DNA from: Planctomycetota bacterium
Lineage (GTDB): Bacteria; Planctomycetota; GCA-002687715; DRQF01
Direction: 5' to 3'
NCBI GenBank assembly: GCA_027001995.1
Contig: JALTLO010000113.1
Coordinates: 1 to 13,835, forward strand
DNA length: 13,835 nucleotides
Shown: piece by piece, positions 1-9,100 of the stretch
Layout of the letters: every line of letters begins with the position of its first letter
How positions within the stretch are numbered: position 1 is the first letter of the stretch
Translations under genes and position numbers: made by a program
The notes under the pieces: generated by a model
What the model was told of the DNA's origin: nothing
What the model saw: the letters and a program-made list of their open reading frames with translations, nothing else
Database searches by the model: none

Positions 1-84
1 GTGCAAAAAAGTTCCGGCTGCCATGAGAAACGCGGCCGACAACATGATGTTGATGACGACAAAAACGCGTGCGACTTGATTCAT
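1..84 (-). CDS. 5' end of a hypothetical membrane-anchored or exported protein (partial, runs off left edge)
   Basis: Not in the ORF track. The reverse complement from ATG at 84 reads MNQVARVFVVINIMLSAAFLMAAGTFLH, open to position 1: a basic residue followed by a ~20-aa hydrophobic helix. A purine-rich leader (AGAAGGGAAAGAACAGGA) lies immediately upstream, with a promoter at 233-260. Confidence 0.75.
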   Translation of the reverse strand, partial: MNQVARVFVVINIMLSAAFLMAAGTFLH

Positions 85-232
85 TCCTGTTCTTTCCCTT
101 CTCTGGGCGTTCCTTTGATTGATGGAGAAAAGCTATCTGCCGCTGCGACCTTTGTAAAGTGCAGACTCGGCATCGAGGCCCAGCGGAGCAATTCTTCATC
201 GGGAACGAACTATCCCTTTGCGAATGGTCAGG

Positions 233-260
233 ATTCTATGGGCCCGGACGGGGATGTCAA
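233..260 (-). promoter_or_regulatory. sigma70-type promoter TTGACA-N16-TAGAAT
   Basis: On the minus strand, a perfect -35 TTGACA (260-255), a 16-nt spacer and -10 TAGAAT (238-233, 5/6 consensus). It lies in the intergenic gap after the lnt stop and points at the gene starting at 84. Confidence 0.65.
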
Positions 261-289
261 GTAAACATCTTTTCCCATAAATCGCCCCC

Positions 290-2014
290 TCATTTGTGCT
301 TAGCCCGAGGCCCCAAAAAGACGGCCAAAACCAACATGATGAAGAGGATCCTTTCGGCCCAGATTCCACCTTCCACCGCAAGAGGTTCCTGAATTCCCAA
401 GTGAATTCGTGCTGTCAAAGTGCCTTTTTCATCCTTACGCAGCATATTTGACAGAGATTCGCCGGTGGGTGCCACAAAAGTACTGATTCCCGTGTTGCTC
501 AAACGCAGAATTCCCAAGCGATTTTCGACTGCCCGAAATCGTATTTGTGCGTTGCAAAGATCCCGCTCATTGCTGTCGTTGTACCAGGCGTCATTACTGG
601 TGTTGACGATAAATTCTGCGCCGTTTCGCCGACCTTCAGCAAAAATTTCGGGAAAAACGACTTCGTAGCAAATGTTCACGCTGAATTTGTGCCGATTGCC
701 TCCCAATTCCACATCCCAAATAGCGGTTTCATTGCCCGCAGTCATCGCTGGCAAGTAGCCCGCCGTATTCCGTACCCAATCGGCCAATTCCCGACGTTTG
801 TAAGTCAAAGCGGGAAAGGGAATGTACTCGCCAAAGGGCACCAGCTTCTGCTTGTCGGCTCTTTGGGTGGCTCTTAGGAATTGAGGTGGTTGGGACCCTC
901 TGGGGGTGAAATCGAGAAGTATGGCGCTATTGCGTTCACGTACTCCTTCGCCACGCTCATCATATTCCCCCACCGGCATATCGTCATAGGCCACCACCCC
1001 CATGAGGAATTTAGGCAGGGCAGAATAAGCAGCACAGACTTCCAAGAACTCCTGTGCAACACTTTTCCCTTTAAGAGGACGACGCTTATTAAGAATGGCG
1101 TGGAGAGGATAACCACGGCGCAAACGTCCTGGAACAACCTGGGAATCATCGACTCGAAAGAAAGATGTTTCCGGCCACACAAAGAGATCAATATCGTTTT
1201 CCTGAGACGCGGCCTCAGTCATCAAACTCAGACACTTCAAATATCTTTTCTCGGCAGGGTTTTCGCCAGCGACCAAACGCTCTTCTTGAGGAATATTTGG
1301 TTGAATGCCGCAGATTTTAGGACCTTCTACCATCTGCCCACGGATCGCCTCTAAACGGTAATGGCCGTAGGTTAGGATTGCCGTCAAACCGATGCCACAG
1401 CCTAATGCGGCCATCCCCAGGGATTTCTTGCTGATTCCACGACATGACCCACAAGCCAGCAAAATGATGTCGGCCACCAAACCATTGATGGCCCAAAGCA
1501 AGAAACTCAGAGGATAGACTCGCGCCACATCCGCCACCTGTATCCACTGGGTCCATTCATGAAGCATATAGCCCGGGTCGTGCCAAGCGATACCGGAGGT
1601 ACCTAAGCGACGAGCCCCATCGAAAGCCGTCATGGCCAGGGGAACGATCAAAGCCATGGGCCACTTCGTTCGCCGAATCAAATGGCGCATAGCCCATCCG
1701 AAGGGCCAAGAAAGAACCAAGAAAACCACCGACACAATGATCCAACCTATATGCCCAGCGGCCTTGGCTCCAGCTAAGGATGCAAGCCAATAGAGCAGGG
1801 CCCCGCCCCAAACGAACATGCCTGTGAGGTAACCCGCCCAATATCCTTTTTGGGGGTTGGCGGCGGCAAAGGCAAACCAAGGGGCGGCAGCCACAAAAAT
1901 GAGCCCCGTCCAATTGAGTGGTGGATAGGCACAGGTCAAAAGGCCAAAGGACAAGGCAGCAACCAAGATGTGAAGCCAACGGTCGGAACGGCCTGAGGCC
2001 TTCTTCTTGCTCAC
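290..2014 (-). CDS. lnt: Apolipoprotein N-acyltransferase
   Basis: N-terminal multi-TM region followed by a nitrilase-fold domain with Lnt motifs QPNIPQ, WPET (catalytic Glu), KQKLVPFGEYIP (Lys), ICYE (Cys), NTSNDAWY, RAVEN and SNTGIS, plus a C-terminal TM helix. The GTG start overlaps the moeA stop (GTGA). Confidence 0.95.
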   Translation of the reverse strand: MSKKKASGRSDRWLHILVAALSFGLLTCAYPPLNWTGLIFVAAAPWFAFAAANPQKGYWAGYLTGMFVWGGALLYWLASLAGAKAAGHIGWIIVSVVFLVLSWPFGWAMRHLIRRTKWPMALIVPLAMTAFDGARRLGTSGIAWHDPGYMLHEWTQWIQVADVARVYPLSFLLWAINGLVADIILLACGSCRGISKKSLGMAALGCGIGLTAILTYGHYRLEAIRGQMVEGPKICGIQPNIPQEERLVAGENPAEKRYLKCLSLMTEAASQENDIDLFVWPETSFFRVDDSQVVPGRLRRGYPLHAILNKRRPLKGKSVAQEFLEVCAAYSALPKFLMGVVAYDDMPVGEYDERGEGVRERNSAILLDFTPRGSQPPQFLRATQRADKQKLVPFGEYIPFPALTYKRRELADWVRNTAGYLPAMTAGNETAIWDVELGGNRHKFSVNICYEVVFPEIFAEGRRNGAEFIVNTSNDAWYNDSNERDLCNAQIRFRAVENRLGILRLSNTGISTFVAPTGESLSNMLRKDEKGTLTARIHLGIQEPLAVEGGIWAERILFIMLVLAVFLGPRAKHK

Positions 2015-3282
2015 GTCAGCTCTCGAGAGCGCTGGGCCGGCAGGCGTAGAGGCTCTGGTTCCGTCAAGATGACCTCAATGAAGTCTCCCACGGATGGAAC
2101 TGGCTCATTGGCTTCTATGATGATGAAACCATTGGCATCCAAGAGCCCTCTCAGATCACCGCTGCCATGCCACTCAACCTGAGAGACTTCCAGACCTCCA
2201 GGCCCCATGGTCACACGGGCTGGCAAGTGTTGAGTCCGGCGAATCGACTTGCCCCGGATGGGACGCAGGAGATTGGCTTTCGTGACCAAGGTATGAGGCC
2301 CCGCTAAACCGATGAGCCCCCGCAGAAAAGGTCGGACAAAAAGTTCAAAGGTGCAATAAGAACTGACGGGATTGCCAGGGAGACCAAAAACCCACTGCTT
2401 GGAGCCATCGTCGCGGTTGAGAAACCCAAATAGCAGAGGTTTACCTGGCTTCATGGCCACTTTCTCTATGAGCACCTCCAACCCACGATTCTTTAATTCG
2501 TGGTGAACGTGATCAAAATCTCCCATGGACACACCCCCAGAGAGAATCAGAACATCTGCTTCAAGCCCTTCTTCGATAGCTCTCCGGGTCGCTTCTTGGC
2601 TATCAGCGATAATTCCAGCGAATTGAGCGTCAATCCCAAGGCCAAGGGCTCGCACTTGAGCAGCCAGCATCGAACCATTGGATTCGCGGATCTGTCCTGG
2701 GCCCGGTTTGCCCCCTCCTGGAGGCACAAGCTCATCGCCCGTGGCATGAATTCTGACAGTGGGCTGACGATAGACCAACACTTGGGATTGCCCCAAAGTC
2801 GCCAGCATACCAATCTCAATGGGACGCATGGTTATCCCTTGATGAAGAATCACTTCCCCCACCTGCATGTCTTGGCCACAAGGCGCGACATTCTGTCCCA
2901 GGGCACAGCCCTCTTGGATCTCCACCCGTCCGTCGTCCAACTCCTTGGTTTTCTCCACCATTTGAACGCAATCGGCCCCATCTGGGACCGGTGCACCGGT
3001 CATGATCTTGACCCCTTGACCAGGGCCGATTTCACCAGAAAACACCTCCCCCGCCGGGACAATTCCACAAATTTCGATCACCCCGCCAGTCTGAGGGACT
3101 TCATCAGCCCGAAAGGCGTAACCATCCATGGCGGAGCGATTAAACGGGGGAATGTTCATGTCAGCCAGCACATCGTGAGCCAAAACACGCCCCAGGGCCC
3201 GATCCAAGGAGACGGACTCTGTGGCTGTTATCTGAGGAGTAGCCCCGGCCAAGACCCGAAGAGCTTCATGCTTTTTCATCAT
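2011..3282 (-). CDS. moeA: Molybdopterin molybdotransferase MoeA (gephyrin-like)
   Basis: Motifs ALGRVLA, PPFNRSAMDGYA, IMTGAPVP, TGDEL, ESNGSML, SGGVSMGDFD, MKPGKP and GLPGNPVSS; 423 aa. The start is ATG 3282 or 3279 and overlaps the upstream TGA. Confidence 0.96.
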   Translation of the reverse strand: MMKKHEALRVLAGATPQITATESVSLDRALGRVLAHDVLADMNIPPFNRSAMDGYAFRADEVPQTGGVIEICGIVPAGEVFSGEIGPGQGVKIMTGAPVPDGADCVQMVEKTKELDDGRVEIQEGCALGQNVAPCGQDMQVGEVILHQGITMRPIEIGMLATLGQSQVLVYRQPTVRIHATGDELVPPGGGKPGPGQIRESNGSMLAAQVRALGLGIDAQFAGIIADSQEATRRAIEEGLEADVLILSGGVSMGDFDHVHHELKNRGLEVLIEKVAMKPGKPLLFGFLNRDDGSKQWVFGLPGNPVSSYCTFELFVRPFLRGLIGLAGPHTLVTKANLLRPIRGKSIRRTQHLPARVTMGPGGLEVSQVEWHGSGDLRGLLDANGFIIIEANEPVPSVGDFIEVILTEPEPLRLPAQRSRELT

Positions 3283-4625
3283 GATGGATTCTCTGCTTCC
3301 TGATCCCGAATAACATCCATGAAAGACGACACCGAGAAAACCGCTCGCCCCAGCCCCGTTTCCCCATAACCCATTGGAGCGGGCAGGTTGTTGCGTTCAA
3401 AAGTCTCCCGCCAAACGCGCAAGAGACCAACGTGATAACGCAAAGATGCCGGACCTCCTCCCTTTTCCCCCAAGACACTCAAGGGTTCTGGGCACCAAGT
3501 GGTAAAACGGGGCATAACCCCCCTCGACATGAAGAATTCCAAGCCTTCCCCGGTGGAAGCCCAAGCCTCTTCTTCTGTCAGGAAGCCAAATGGCTTGGCC
3601 ATCTCGATGCCAGCAACAAAATTAGGGATCACTGAATTCTTTGGGAAGATTTCCGCGGCCTGAAGAATGCGCTCAATCCAGGTATCTCGCCCGACGTAAC
3701 GGCTCTTTCCAGGGCAGACCTTCTCGAACAGGTCTTTATCCCAGATTTCGTAGTTGGGATGATAAATTTGAATCCCCGCATCACGAATTCTCCGGACGTC
3801 GTCCGCAGGGAGAGCCTGAACCACCATCTTACCAATCCATTTGTTGGGAAATGCCTGCTCAATGGCTTCGGCATATTTGATGTAGTAGTCGGCTTCTGAT
3901 TCGCCCTTTAACTCAGAAGTGATACTCCCCCCAGTGAGGGTGTAGGCTTTCGCTTCGGACTTGGAATCGGCAATCAAGCGGAGGGCTTCAATCATGCGAT
4001 CCACAGGTTTCACCGCATTGTAAATTCGCTCTTCTTCCCTTTGCTGGCGAAAATTCCGGTTGATGTCACAAAATTGGCATTCCTCGTCTCTGCCAAAATA
4101 CTGACACATGCGAAAGACCGTGAGATAAAGGAGATACCCCCATTCGATGGTAGGTGCGGTCTCAATGAGAGGGGTCCCATCCTTCGTCTTACCACCATAG
4201 TAAGGGGGTGTTGGCGAAAAGGAGACCTCCGCCACCTCTTCCCCTGCCAGAGCCAGAACACAGCCCGTGCCTTCAGCTCCCTCACCATCGACTCGAATGA
4301 TGCGATAAGGAGAATCCGGGTTCAGGCGGACGGAAACTGTGGTTTTCGCCAAATTCTCTCGCCCTCCAAAGAAACGGATCTCTTCTGGGGCTCTGGCTTT
4401 AGAGATTTCATCCAACTGAGACAAAGGAGCCCGGTCAAAGCTAAAAATGAAATAAGATTTGCGGGCATAATCACCCACCGCCTGAAAAGCTTCAGGCTCA
4501 AAAGCCACCCCCAAACGGAGCATGTCTTCTTTGTAAACCGCTTCTGCGGGGATATCGGAAAACTCTTGGCGCACTTTCTGCACCCTTTCCCGATGTTCGC
4601 CGCCCTGATTTCTTGTGTTTTTCAT
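3279..4625 (-). CDS. Radical SAM superfamily protein of unknown function (CX8CX2C)
   Basis: C174-QYFGRDEE-C183-QF-C186 with an aromatic residue before the last Cys, a downstream TLTGG glycine motif, and NYEIWD...CPGK as in BioB-related/COG2516-like radical SAM proteins; 448 aa. Confidence 0.88.
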   Translation of the reverse strand: MKNTRNQGGEHRERVQKVRQEFSDIPAEAVYKEDMLRLGVAFEPEAFQAVGDYARKSYFIFSFDRAPLSQLDEISKARAPEEIRFFGGRENLAKTTVSVRLNPDSPYRIIRVDGEGAEGTGCVLALAGEEVAEVSFSPTPPYYGGKTKDGTPLIETAPTIEWGYLLYLTVFRMCQYFGRDEECQFCDINRNFRQQREEERIYNAVKPVDRMIEALRLIADSKSEAKAYTLTGGSITSELKGESEADYYIKYAEAIEQAFPNKWIGKMVVQALPADDVRRIRDAGIQIYHPNYEIWDKDLFEKVCPGKSRYVGRDTWIERILQAAEIFPKNSVIPNFVAGIEMAKPFGFLTEEEAWASTGEGLEFFMSRGVMPRFTTWCPEPLSVLGEKGGGPASLRYHVGLLRVWRETFERNNLPAPMGYGETGLGRAVFSVSSFMDVIRDQEAENPS

Positions 4626-4820
4626 TAATCACTGAAGGAAAGAGGTTAATCTGCTATTTGCTGATTCGCTCAAATTCTCACACAATCCCAGAGTTGGATC
4701 AAATGACCTTTGATTCCTGGGTGAGCATCCCCGGCAATTGAGAATCGCCGAATAAATATAGACATAGTTGGGTTCGACTTCCGTATCTGAAGCGCTCCTC
4801 CACTTGCAAACGAGACAAAC
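4626..4820. promoter_or_regulatory. Divergent promoter region with an inverted repeat (ATCAAA-N5-TTTGAT, 4698-4714)
   Basis: A 195-bp, relatively AT-rich gap between divergent start codons, with nested inverted repeats near its centre. No confident -35/-10 pair assigned. Confidence 0.5.
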
Positions 4821-6134
4821 ATGAAATCCGGAAATGTCGTCATCTTCCTTGCGGTCTTGCTCTTGGCTGGGTGCCAAATGGACAAAGACGAGAAGACTTC
4901 CAAAGAGAAAAAAAAATCGGGAACCTCAACGGAGGTCGAACTGGTCCGTACCGCCATGACGGAACGGGGTAGACTTCTGGCTAAGCTTGCCATCACCGCC
5001 CGAGTTGAAGCTCTGGAGCAAACAGAAATCTTGCCCAGGGTGGAAGGTACGGTGGTGGAGGTCTTCGCCGATGAAGGCGACGACGTGACCAAAGGCCAAC
5101 TCCTGGCCAAAATCGAGAGCGACGAGGCCCAGATCCGAGTTGCAGCCCAGGTGCTGGCAGTGGAACAAGCGGATTTGGCCATTTCGATGGCCAAAATTTC
5201 ACGGGATGAAACCAAATCCGTCTACAAGGCCTTCGAGACGACTCTAGCCAAAGAGCTAAATGAAAGAGAACGGGCCCTGGCCCAACACGCCAAGGGTGCC
5301 ATTTCCGACAAAGACAGAGACGCGGCGGTTTTCGTCTACAACAAGGCTTTAGCGGATAAAGAACAAGCAGCCCTCAAAGCCAAGAAAGCAGAAGAAGAGG
5401 TTCTCAATGCCAGCATCCAAAAACGCACAGCCACAAACACTTTGGATGCAGAAAAACTCAAACTGAGCTTCACTGAGTTGAGAGCCACTATCGCTGGCAA
5501 GCTCATCAAGCGCTATTTGCGTGTGGGGCAAAAGGCGACTATGGGGCAAAGCGCTTTCAAGATCGCCGACCTCTCTTCCCTTGTTGTTCGTGCCCGTATT
5601 CCGGAAACCGACTTGCGAGTCCTCAAGCAAGGCCTGCGCGTCGTCCTCAGCGCCACCGCATTCCCAGGCGTCCAATATCGAGGCACTGTCGACTTGATTG
5701 CTTCGGAAATCGACACAGACGGAGGGCAAGTCGATGTCAGAATCAAGCTGGAACCTGGCGAGCCACCGCTGCGCCCCGGCATGTTCGTGTCTGGCCACAT
5801 CGTCACCGAAGAGCGTGAAGGCTCTTTGCTGATTCCGAGAAAAGCCCTGCTCTTCGATCGAGATCGGCCCTACATTTACGTTGTTGACCATGTTGGCGAC
5901 AAACGTTGCGCCAAGAAAGTCTACCTACGCCGAGGTCTCCAAAACGCCACCCATGTGGAATATCTGCCCATGGCTGGAGAAGACGCAAAAATCAACGACC
6001 GCAGCGAAATCGTGATCGTCGGCCTTGACCGCCTCACAGATGGAGGTGCCATCGAAATTGAAGGTGAAAACGTCGAAGGAGGCCAAGGAAGCAACGGCAA
6101 AAACGACAAATCCACCAAGAGCGCGACGGAATAG
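4821..6134 (+). CDS. RND efflux periplasmic adaptor (membrane fusion protein), lipoprotein
   Basis: Signal peptide with lipobox LAG-C18. Lipoyl halves (VEGTVVEVFADEGDDVTKGQLL; RATIAGKL) flank an alpha-hairpin with a KGAIS tip. It also has LRPGMFV, LLIPRKAL and GLDRLTDG, and lies directly upstream of RND permeases. Confidence 0.95.
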   Translation: MKSGNVVIFLAVLLLAGCQMDKDEKTSKEKKKSGTSTEVELVRTAMTERGRLLAKLAITARVEALEQTEILPRVEGTVVEVFADEGDDVTKGQLLAKIESDEAQIRVAAQVLAVEQADLAISMAKISRDETKSVYKAFETTLAKELNERERALAQHAKGAISDKDRDAAVFVYNKALADKEQAALKAKKAEEEVLNASIQKRTATNTLDAEKLKLSFTELRATIAGKLIKRYLRVGQKATMGQSAFKIADLSSLVVRARIPETDLRVLKQGLRVVLSATAFPGVQYRGTVDLIASEIDTDGGQVDVRIKLEPGEPPLRPGMFVSGHIVTEEREGSLLIPRKALLFDRDRPYIYVVDHVGDKRCAKKVYLRRGLQNATHVEYLPMAGEDAKINDRSEIVIVGLDRLTDGGAIEIEGENVEGGQGSNGKNDKSTKSATE

Positions 6135-6145
6135 GAAACCAATCG

Positions 6146-9100
6146 ATGACGTCGCAAGAAGAACACGAACCAGGCATTATCCCTTTGGTAGTCGACCGTC
6201 CGGTGGCTGTGTCCATGGTTGTCTTGGCCGTAGCCGTTTTCGGCTGGATTTCGTTTCAAAAACTATCACTGACCCTGCTGCCAAAAATCAGCTACCCATC
6301 CTTAACGGTACGAACGGAGTATCCTGGATCAGCCCCGGCGGAAGTTGAAGAGCTGGTCACCAAACCTTTGGAAAGCAACTTAGCTGTCATTAGCAATCTG
6401 AACAGCTTTCGTAGTATCTCCAGAGCGGGTGTCTCCGATCTGATTTTGGAATTCGAGTGGGACACCAACATGAATTTCGCGGCCCAAGATGTCCGCGAGA
6501 AAGTCGACCAGGTCCGTGGATTCTTGCCCCAAGACGTCAAGAAACCCCTGCTCCTCAAATACGACCCCACTTTAGACCCCATCATGAGATTAGGGCTCTA
6601 TGGCGAACTGGACTTAGAGCGCATTCGCTACTACGGCGAAGAGAAAATCAAAAAGGAGCTGGAGAGCATCCCGGGGGTGGCCGCCATCAAAGTGCGGGGA
6701 GGATTCGAATCCGAAATCCGCATCGACATCAGTGAGATTTCTCTTCAGCGCAACGCCCTCACCATCGGCGAGATCCAACAACGGCTCTCAGAAGAAAACA
6801 TCAACTTAGCCAGTGGACTCCTACGGGAAGGAGACACGGAATATTTGGTGCGCACACTCAACGAGTTCAAGAGCGTTGAAGAAATCGCAGACTTGGTAGT
6901 GGCCGCTCGCAACAACAGCTACATCCGCCTCAAAGATGTGGCGAAAGTTCACCGAGCCAACAAAGAAGCGGATGTCATCACCCGCATCGAGGGCCAGCCC
7001 AGCGTTGAGATTGCGATTTTCAAAGAGGACGCAGCCAACATTGTCCAGGTCAGCAAGTTGGTCAAGATCAAGTTGTTCGGAGCCGACTTTGCCAAGCGCC
7101 TCAAAGACGGCGTTGTGGCACCCCGGACCGAGGACAACAAGAAAGTCAAAAAGGGCAAAGAACTGGAAGCCCTTGCGGCAGCGAAACCAATAACGGAGAC
7201 CCTGCCTGCAGGCATCCACATTCGGTTGCTTTCCGACCAAAGTCGCTTCATTCAAAGTTCGATCAAAGAAGTCCAGACCTCGGGCATCATCGGTGCCATC
7301 GTCGCTATCTTAGTGCTTTTGGTTTTCCTCAAGCGCATTGTCTCCACTTTAGTCATCGCCATCGCCATTCCTATTTCCATCATCGCCACATTCGGACCGA
7401 TGATGCAATTCGATGTCAGTCTCAACATCATGTCCTTGGGAGGATTGGCCTTAGGCATTGGCATGCTGGTGGATGCGAGCATTGTTGTTTTGGAGTCGAT
7501 CGCCCGCTGCCGAGACGAAGGTGACAGCCTCAGAGACGCGGCTATCCGGGGAACAAGAGAAGTGGGAGGTGCGGTGGTTGCCAGTGTACTCACCACCATC
7601 GCCGTTTTCTTACCCATCGTCTTCGTCGAAGGAATTGCTGGCGAGATCTTCAAGGACCAGTCGCTGACAGTGGTTTTCTCTCTGTTGGCTTCCTTAGCTG
7701 TGGCGCTTTTCTTCATTCCCATGTTGGCAGCCCGCCCCTTTTCAGAAGGGAATCTTGGCAAGCGCCGATCTTTGAAGCAGTACGGTGGTGATGTTTGGCG
7801 ACTCCTCAAGACACGTTGCTTTTTGTCTTGGCCTTGGGTCTTGGGCCTAATTTCTTGGTTCAAAAACGCTGGCCCCGTCAAAAGGGTCTTCGCGGCCTTG
7901 GTGTTACTGCCTCTTTTGCCAATCACAGTCCTCATTGAGCTGGTTGCCAAGGTTCCTTTCATCGCCATTGTCGGCATTTTGCTGGTGATCAAAGTCGTCG
8001 TTGGTGTCCCTGCCATGGTGCTGGCTGTTCCGGCCAAGGCTTTCTCTAAGATTTTCGACGGGGGCTATGCCCTTGTTGAAGCCAGTTACTCTCTGGCACT
8101 GAAGGCCGCTCTAAGCCAACGGGCCCTGGTTTTACTGGGTGCCATTGCGCTCACAGGATTCGCATGGAAGCTGATGGATCAAGTTGGCATCGATCTCATC
8201 CCCGAAATGCATAGCGGCGAGATCATTGTTGAAAGCCAAAGACCCGTGGGTACGTCTCTCGCGAGCAACGGTCGTCTCACTCTCACTATGGAAGAAACCC
8301 TCATTGCAATGAAGGAGGCGGGCAAGTTTGACGGTCGAGGTATGTCTTCGTCTATGGGGGTGGCCCGGGACGAAATCGCACCGGCAGGAGACGGTCCCCA
8401 CACAGCAAAGATTTATCTGAAGCTTCCGGTCGGCCCGGACATGGCTTCAAAAGAAGCCGAAGTGATTGAGACCCTCCGAGAAGGTCTGGCCAAAAAGGTC
8501 GGTTCCGGCGACTTGGCATTTACAACGCCCAAGCTCTTCACTTTCAAGAACCCCTTAGAAGTGCAGGTTTTGGGAGACAGCTTAGAAAAAGTGGGCGTGA
8601 TCGCTGATCGCTTGGAAACCCGCTTGATGGCCATGGACACCTTGACCGATGTGCGATCTTCCGCAGAGCAAGGAAGTCCCGAATTCGTCATCAAGTATGA
8701 TCGCCTCAAGCTGGCTGATCGGGGTTTGAAACTGACGGACGCTGCCAACGTCCTACGAGACAAAATAAAGGGAGTTATTCCAACTCGCTATTCGGAGACA
8801 GCGGAAGGCCGAAAAATTGATGTCTTGGTCAAGATCCCTGACGAACTTGTTGCTTCCGCCAGCGCCCTGAGAGATATCGAAGTCGCCAAGGTCAACGATA
8901 AAAGCGTGCGCTTAGGTGAAGTTGCTACAGTCCTTCAAGGCCGAGGCCCCTCGGAGGTCCGACGTATCGGTGGTCAAAGAGGTGTTATCATCACAGCCGT
9001 TCCCGACGGTGTCGACCTTAAAAATGCGGCCAACCAGATTCGCGAACATGTAGAAGACATGCGGCGAGAAGACCCAAAGAGCTTTCAAGACATTGTCGTT

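Noticed and set aside
1..264. 87-aa + strand ORF (and 159..392)
   Set aside because: No recognisable features. It overlaps a better minus-strand gene start with its own promoter and purine-rich leader.
2500..3303. 267-aa + strand ORF
   Set aside because: Antisense shadow of moeA with no motifs.
3279..4625. Calling the radical SAM gene moaA because it abuts moeA
   Set aside because: It lacks the MoaA CX3CX2C spacing, the C-terminal CX2CX13C cluster motif and the terminal GG.
4698..4714. FNR box
   Set aside because: The half-sites are in the opposite order and spacing to TTGAT-N4-ATCAA.
4626..4820. Moco riboswitch upstream of the moeA-containing operon
   Set aside because: I could not recognise the Moco RNA motif architecture. 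An Rfam scan would be needed to exclude it formally.
290..4874. Dedicated functional link between lnt and the lipoprotein adaptor
   Set aside because: Lnt acts on lipoproteins generally, so proximity alone is not evidence.
4041..5215. ORFs 4041..4628 (+), 4629..4877 (-) and 4670..5215 (-)
   Set aside because: Antisense to the radical SAM or adaptor genes, or crossing the promoter gap. Their composition is typical of shadow frames.
7252..8037. 261-aa minus-strand ORF and other antisense ORFs within the RND genes
   Set aside because: Thr/Met/Lys-rich mirror translations of hydrophobic sense codons.
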